Assembly: GCF_004010195.1 (NCBI RefSeq)
Contig: NC_057755.1
Coordinates: 759,581 to 823,580, forward strand
Direction of reading: 5' to 3'
Source of the DNA: Chiloscyllium plagiosum
Taxonomy: Eukaryota
Length of the DNA: 64,000 nucleotides
The first letter of the stretch is position 1, and every line of letters begins with the position of its first letter. A program made the position numbers and the translations under genes. Positions 58,740 to 64,000 of the stretch are shown here, piece by piece. The notes under the pieces are model-generated. The model was not told where the DNA came from, searched no databases, and worked only from the letters and a program-made list of their open reading frames with translations.

Positions 58740-60480
58740 AATGGCTAAAGAGGCTGAAACGTCTGAATTAATTACAACAATTATTCAGATTCCTCCAGGT
58801 CACCAATAGAACAGGAAAGGTGAGAATAGGCAGCCCAGCCTGTCTCCAGATTTGGTCGGGAATCTTTCTGATTTCCAACCTTTGATTGTGGCTGCAATAA
58901 AGACGTTGGTATAGAGCGGTCGGATGCATTAGAGTATATTCCCTCTCCAAAGCACATTTTAGAGAGGACATCCTGCATATAGGTTAGTGATATCCTATCA
59001 AAGGCATCCTCCTAATTGAGGCTGGTGAGACAGGCTTTCGGCTCCCGTTGTCCTGCATGTAGGCAATAGTATCCCTCTGGAGTGTGAAATTCTCACGGTC
59101 ATCCTGACTGGTACAGATTAGGGTTTAATCAGGGTAAATCGGTTTCTTTCAAGTAGACATGATCTCGCTGGCAAAGACTGTCGACAAATTTTTAAAATCT
59201 ATTCTCTGCAATGAAATTGGCCACCAGATATCCCTCTCCTCTTTCTGATTGGAGATGAGGGAGATGATGTCTTTCCTCATGGAATCACACAGGTTACCTG
59301 TTTGAAGCAGACTGTCGTACACCAGCATAAGATGGAGAATGAAGAAGTTTAGTCTGAAAATCGGGTTCTGTATCTGTGGAACATGTGAGGGATGTGATTG
59401 AAATATAATTGTGCAATGATGGATTGAGGGACTTCACTAATGAGATGCTCAGTGAATAGACAATGGCTAAAGAGGCTGAAACGTCTGAATTAATTACAAC
59501 AATTATTCAGATTCCTCCAGGTCACCAATAGAACAGGAAAGGTCATAGCCAATCAAGTCCCAAAGAGTGAATCGAACTCGGTCAGTAAGCCATCACTTCC
59601 GGGAAATGTACTCTTGTCTAAGGACTCGAGGAATTTTGTCATCTTATTCACTGATAACAGCTGGTCCAGCTTTTCCATGGTGCCGTCACCTGTGACCTCA
59701 TTGAGTGAGGACTGGAATGACTGAGGGGCCGCACTGACTGTGGACTTCATGTCATGCAGTCTGATACCAAAGGATTTGCTGATCCTCAGGATCTCAGACT
59801 ATGGTGACATTACGGAGCCTACTTCTTTCTTCAGACTGCTGAGCACATTGCTATCCCAGTGCACCTCCTTGAAGGAGAAACGTGAGCACATCTCACTCTT
59901 CTCCACATTGTGGACCCTGGACTGGAAGATTATCGTGGAGGCTTCTGAAGTAAACAATGAAGTTTTCTGCTTCTTGACCTCCTGGAGATAATCCCATCAA
60001 CCCCAACCGTCTGTAACAGGAGTAGATTCTGCACCCGTTTCTCGAGTATTGCTGCCTATGTCTGTCACCTTTAGAATTCCTTTGAGAATAAAAATTCTCT
60101 TGATCTTCCCCCTGAAAGATTACAACCCGTCTGATGGATTTCTCCACATTTCTCCAAACCGTGGAACCCCTTTTGATTTCATCCATATCTTCTAGGATCA
60201 GCCGTTGCACGTTCAGATTCCACGTTCCTTTGCTGGCCAGCAGGAGGCAGGGTTAGAGAAGAACACTGATTTGACTTTGATGGATTGACAGAAACCAAAT
60301 CCAGCCTCTCTCTTCTTAATTCACTGGTGAAACAATCAGGTCCTTGTCAATCTCCCTTGCCCTCATCGTTGTGAAGATTCTTTTTCAGACAGCGGTGGTG
60401 ACAGGGCAGACAGCGTTTAGGATCCTGAGCTCATTTGCTTCTGATCACCAGGCCGGTCACAACTTCTTTCTTCTTTTCAC
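58740..60480 (-). mobile_element. L1-Tx1 ORF2 fragments
   Basis: KFLESLDKSTFPGSDGLLTEFDSL, with further decayed linker and APE-like sequence to ~60480. Confidence 0.7.
59327..59543 (+). repeat. 217-bp copy of 58605-58821 inserted in the Tx1 RT
   Basis: Identical by eye from ataagatggag to aggaaaggt. Confidence 0.93.
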
Positions 60481-61689
60481 TTACGTCTTGATCTTCTCTT
60501 CCTTGTGGAGGTGACGATGCAGTAATACGCCATCAGTGGTGTCTACAGCAGCAGCGTTGTGAACCTGAAACTGGGATCCTGGTGTCGTTTGTTGTGTCAG
60601 TATGATTGTCCCCGGTTCACAATCCCATTATCCTGATTGATTACATTGAACAGGTGTTAATGAGACAGTGCAACTGATGTATTAAACCAGGAAGCTTGCT
60701 GAATTTACTGCCAATCTCAGTCAAGCCAGGCAGATATAAAAACAATCACCTTGATTGAACATTGAAAGGGTTGTTGATGAGATATTGCCACAATATTTGG
60801 GTTGGAGCAAGATCTGAGTTTCAGGAGAACTGTTTTTGAGACAGGTCCATTAAAAAGGGTAACTATGAATATCAAATACTGTCTTAGGCAACATGCCTCC
60901 TGTGACAGAAACTGAATTAAAGTTATGCTAATTACGTTGTTACGTTATAATACTGCTAAACCACTGCAATTGAAATGCCCTGAATAAATATCTAAAAGAA
61001 GATCAGAAATCGCACTAAAACTTGTGGTTTCAAAAAAATTAGATGATAACCTGGTGTCCTGTGACTTCTGACCATGTCCACTCACGTTCAAACCAACATC
61101 TCCACGTCATCGCTAAAAGAAGCCACTCAAATCAACGGTAACCCACACACTCTTCAGAGAATATCAGCACAATGAAGCAGCAACCTTGAGAGTAGGAAGA
61201 ACAACCAAAACTCCTTTTCAACGAGCTTTAATCGAGGATTTTAAACTAGTTTGTGGGCATCGATATTTCAGAACTGGAAGATTACTCCCGATATTAGATA
61301 GAAAGACTGGTTTTGTACATTTGTATATTTATCTACCTTGAATTCCAAAGACAATGAACCGTGTTTCACTACTAATGTTAAACGAGGTCCAATAAGTAAG
61401 CACATTGATCAGAACTTACGGAAATGAAGCTTACAGGGGATAATATCAATGCCTACAGGGAAATTGTCATCATGCTGATTAATCATTTTATCTCAGTGTT
61501 TTCCAGGAGGAAAACACAATCAACAAGTAACGTTTCACTACTGTCCTATCGGAAAGGAAACTGTCGTCCTTACCTGGTGTAAGGTTTATGTGACTCCGGA
61601 CCCACAGCAACGTGGTTTAATATTAACTGCTCTGTGGAATAGGCATTAAATGCTTCCCTAGACAGTGAAGCTCTCATCCCATGTATGGC

Positions 61690-62240
61690 CGCATAAGTCT
61701 TGCTGCAGTTATAGAAAACACATTTGAGATCTCACTTGACGCACTGTGGGCAGAGCCAGCCACCACCACTTTAGGAAAGATGTATTGACCTTGGAGCGAT
61801 TACAGCGTAGATTTGATAGAATGATACCTGGATTTAGGGATTTAGTTTATAAGGTGGGACTGTACAAATCGGGCCTTGTTTCTCAAGAAATTAGGAGACA
61901 GAGTAAATAAAAACAAATTATTTCCACTGTTTGGGGATTCTTGAACAAAGGGACATAGTCTGAGATTTGGAGCCAGTGTGTTCAGGAGAGATATGAGGAA
62001 ACACTCCCCCACTGTGAAGCTGGTGGATGTTTGTAACTCTCTTGCACAAACGGCATGGATGCTGGATCGGTTGCTCATTTTAAATCTGAGACAGATTTTT
62101 TTTTGTTGGGCGTAGGTATAAGGGGATAAGTCACAACTGCAGGATAATGAACGTACAGATCATCCATTGACTGCTGGAACAGGCTGGGGGTGGAGGGGGG
62201 CTGAATGGTCTGTTATTATGTCCCTATGACTATTAATCTC
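61690..62240 (+). mobile_element. Old CR1 3' fragment
   Basis: LLQL..HL..CGQ..tttaggaaagatg, and acaaagggacatagtctgag (TRGHS.). Confidence 0.65.
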
Positions 62241-62911
62241 CTCCCAGAGCTTATCAAAGGCATTGACATCCTTCCTAAAATGTGGTATCCAGCAATGGGC
62301 AGAGCTCAGTTTAAACCCATTACAAAGCATCCGTTTTTCAAGAGTTCAGATCAGCTCGCTTTTCCCAACTGTGGCTGAAACAGTGAGTAATAAAGGTTTA
62401 GCAACATTTCCCTTACCTTTGTGCTCCAAGAGGAATTTGTACGGTTTTTTGCAAGTCTACCAAACCTTCGTAGCCACTTTCTAAAATAAAAGCATAACTC
62501 CAAGTCTTGATGTTAATATGGTCTCTCCAGAATTCTGTGACTATATTTATATTATCGCTCCTTACCAACCAGATTAAAGTTTTCTCACTTCCTGCATTAT
62601 CTACCATTTGCCTGCCCCTTTCACTGGTTAACAGTATAAAATGCTGACAGAAATATCTCACTAACTGGCAGTGAGTAGCTGCAACATTTGGAATACTGCA
62701 AGCAGCCCTTATTTAAAAATACTGTTCAACAGGAGAACAAATAGACAGAGATGTGATAACTTCAGTGACAGAATTTGTTTTTAATTCAGTGGACAAAGCA
62801 TTGCTTAGTTTTTAATGATTGAATGAGTATGCTGTTGGCATAGACATACCCAGCAACACTGGAATTGGAGGAGGCCATTCAGCCCCTTCTCCAGTTGCTT
62901 CCAACGGGACA

Positions 62912-63193
62912 GGAGGTCACGGTGGCACAGTGGTTAGCCACACTGCGCCAGAGACCCGGGTTCAATTCCCGCCTCAGGCGTTCTCCCCGTGTCTGCGTGG
63001 GTTTCCTCCGGGTACTCCGGTTTCCTCCCACAGTCTAAAGATGTGCAGGCCAGGTGAATTGGTCATGCTAAATTGCCCGTAGTTCTAGGTAAGGGGTAAA
63101 TGTAGAGGTATGGTTGGGTTGCATTTCGGCGGGTCGGTGTGGACTTGTTGGGCTGAAGGGCCTGTTTCCACGCTGTAATGTAATCTAATCTAA
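62912..63193 (+). mobile_element. HE1-type V-SINE with a small internal deletion
   Basis: Head cacggtggcacagtggttag, V-domain, and tail ending taatctaatcta. Confidence 0.92.
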
Positions 63194-63526
63194 AATTCCG
63201 CTGCAACTTCTCTGCACAGCTGCTGCCAGACTTGCTGAATTTTCCCAGCAATCATCTGCAATTCATTTTCTTTCATTGAGTCCATTCTCCAGTCTGTAAA
63301 ACAAGAAGAGACCGCTCAGCAGAGGGAGGCAATGGCCTACTGGATTTATCGCTGGACTGTTAATGAAGGCATCTGAGGGGCCTGTTTCAAACCCCATGCG
63401 GTGGATGGTGGCATTTGAAGTCAATTGAAGTCTGGAAATGAAACGTCCCAGGAAGACCGCAAATCCAATGCTGATCATTGGTTCACTTGTGTCCTTGAGA
63501 GAGGGCTACTACTGTCTTTAGCTAGT

Positions 63527-64000
63527 GTTATGGACTAGACCAGATGACTGAGAACATTCTGAAGCAGCCCTGACCATAAGTTTGTAAGTTGTTTCGGTAA
63601 GTGGACAGTGAAAGTTATCTAGGTTGCCTGCCAGGCTTAAAAACAGACAAAGAAAGTCAATTCACAAAATTACACAATGCAACACAAAGAACAGAATAAA
63701 AAACGCTACAGAACTCAATCTATCCAAACGAGACTTAATTATGCTGTTCCGAAGATAGACAGCAGTCAGCGAAAATGTCTCTGCCCTTTGAACTTCAACC
63801 TTTGACCCCATTAGGCAAACACCCTTAAGAAACAGTAAAAATGCAACAGATGCAGATAGGTAGAAGTTAGAAAGGCAGAAAGAGTTTTACATCCTGTTTC
63901 CACACAGCTGAACTCTAAACAAGTTCTGGGCTAAACTGCTCAGCTCAAACTGACCACTCCTTTTTCATTATACAGGTCACTTCTAAAACATGACCACTTT
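63527..64000 (-). mobile_element. Probable LTR, running off the window end, interrupting a Deu-type SINE
   Basis: Begins tgttatgg abruptly after the SINE sequence, with LTR-like composition. Confidence 0.35.

Larger units (their letters stand above)
57120..59800 (+). repeat. Segmental duplication unit, copy 3 (equivalent to ~11770-13300)
   Basis: Anchors: ttgacacaacagcacagatgt (58316 vs 12216), agatggagaatgaagaa (58608 vs 12356), caacaattattcag (58775 vs 12487). Confidence 0.88.

Noticed and set aside
1..64000. CRISPR array, prokaryotic operon or endogenous virus
   Set aside because: There is no regular repeat-spacer array and no dense intact ORFs. The only retrovirus-like domains belong to a Gypsy element with no env seen.

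Overview
This is repeat-dominated vertebrate DNA, most likely from an elasmobranch (shark). That assignment is inferred from several HE1-type V-SINEs, HER1/CR1 LINEs with short tandem 3' tails, Deu-domain SINEs and GPR139-like receptor pseudogenes. I found no intact protein-coding gene. Two + strand class-A GPCR pseudogenes of the GPR139/GPR142-like type lie at ~24570-25190 and 34601-35518. There are two near-full-length CR1 LINEs of one family (1-6528 on -, split by a nested CR1; 48180-52273 on +) and many CR1, Tx1, Rex-Babar and other LINE fragments. A decayed Gypsy LTR element with integrase before RT (Gmr1-type) spans 38755-46253. Penelope-like elements and short palindromic derivatives carry minimal hammerhead-ribozyme motifs, several with target-site duplications. 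The window also holds old segmental duplications (a three-copy unit in both orientations and a two-copy direct unit), a recent 720-bp tandem duplication, and three short locally templated insertions or template switches. A run of exon-like segments at ~7300-8700 (-) remains unidentified. Element boundaries were read by eye and are approximate unless a junction motif is quoted.
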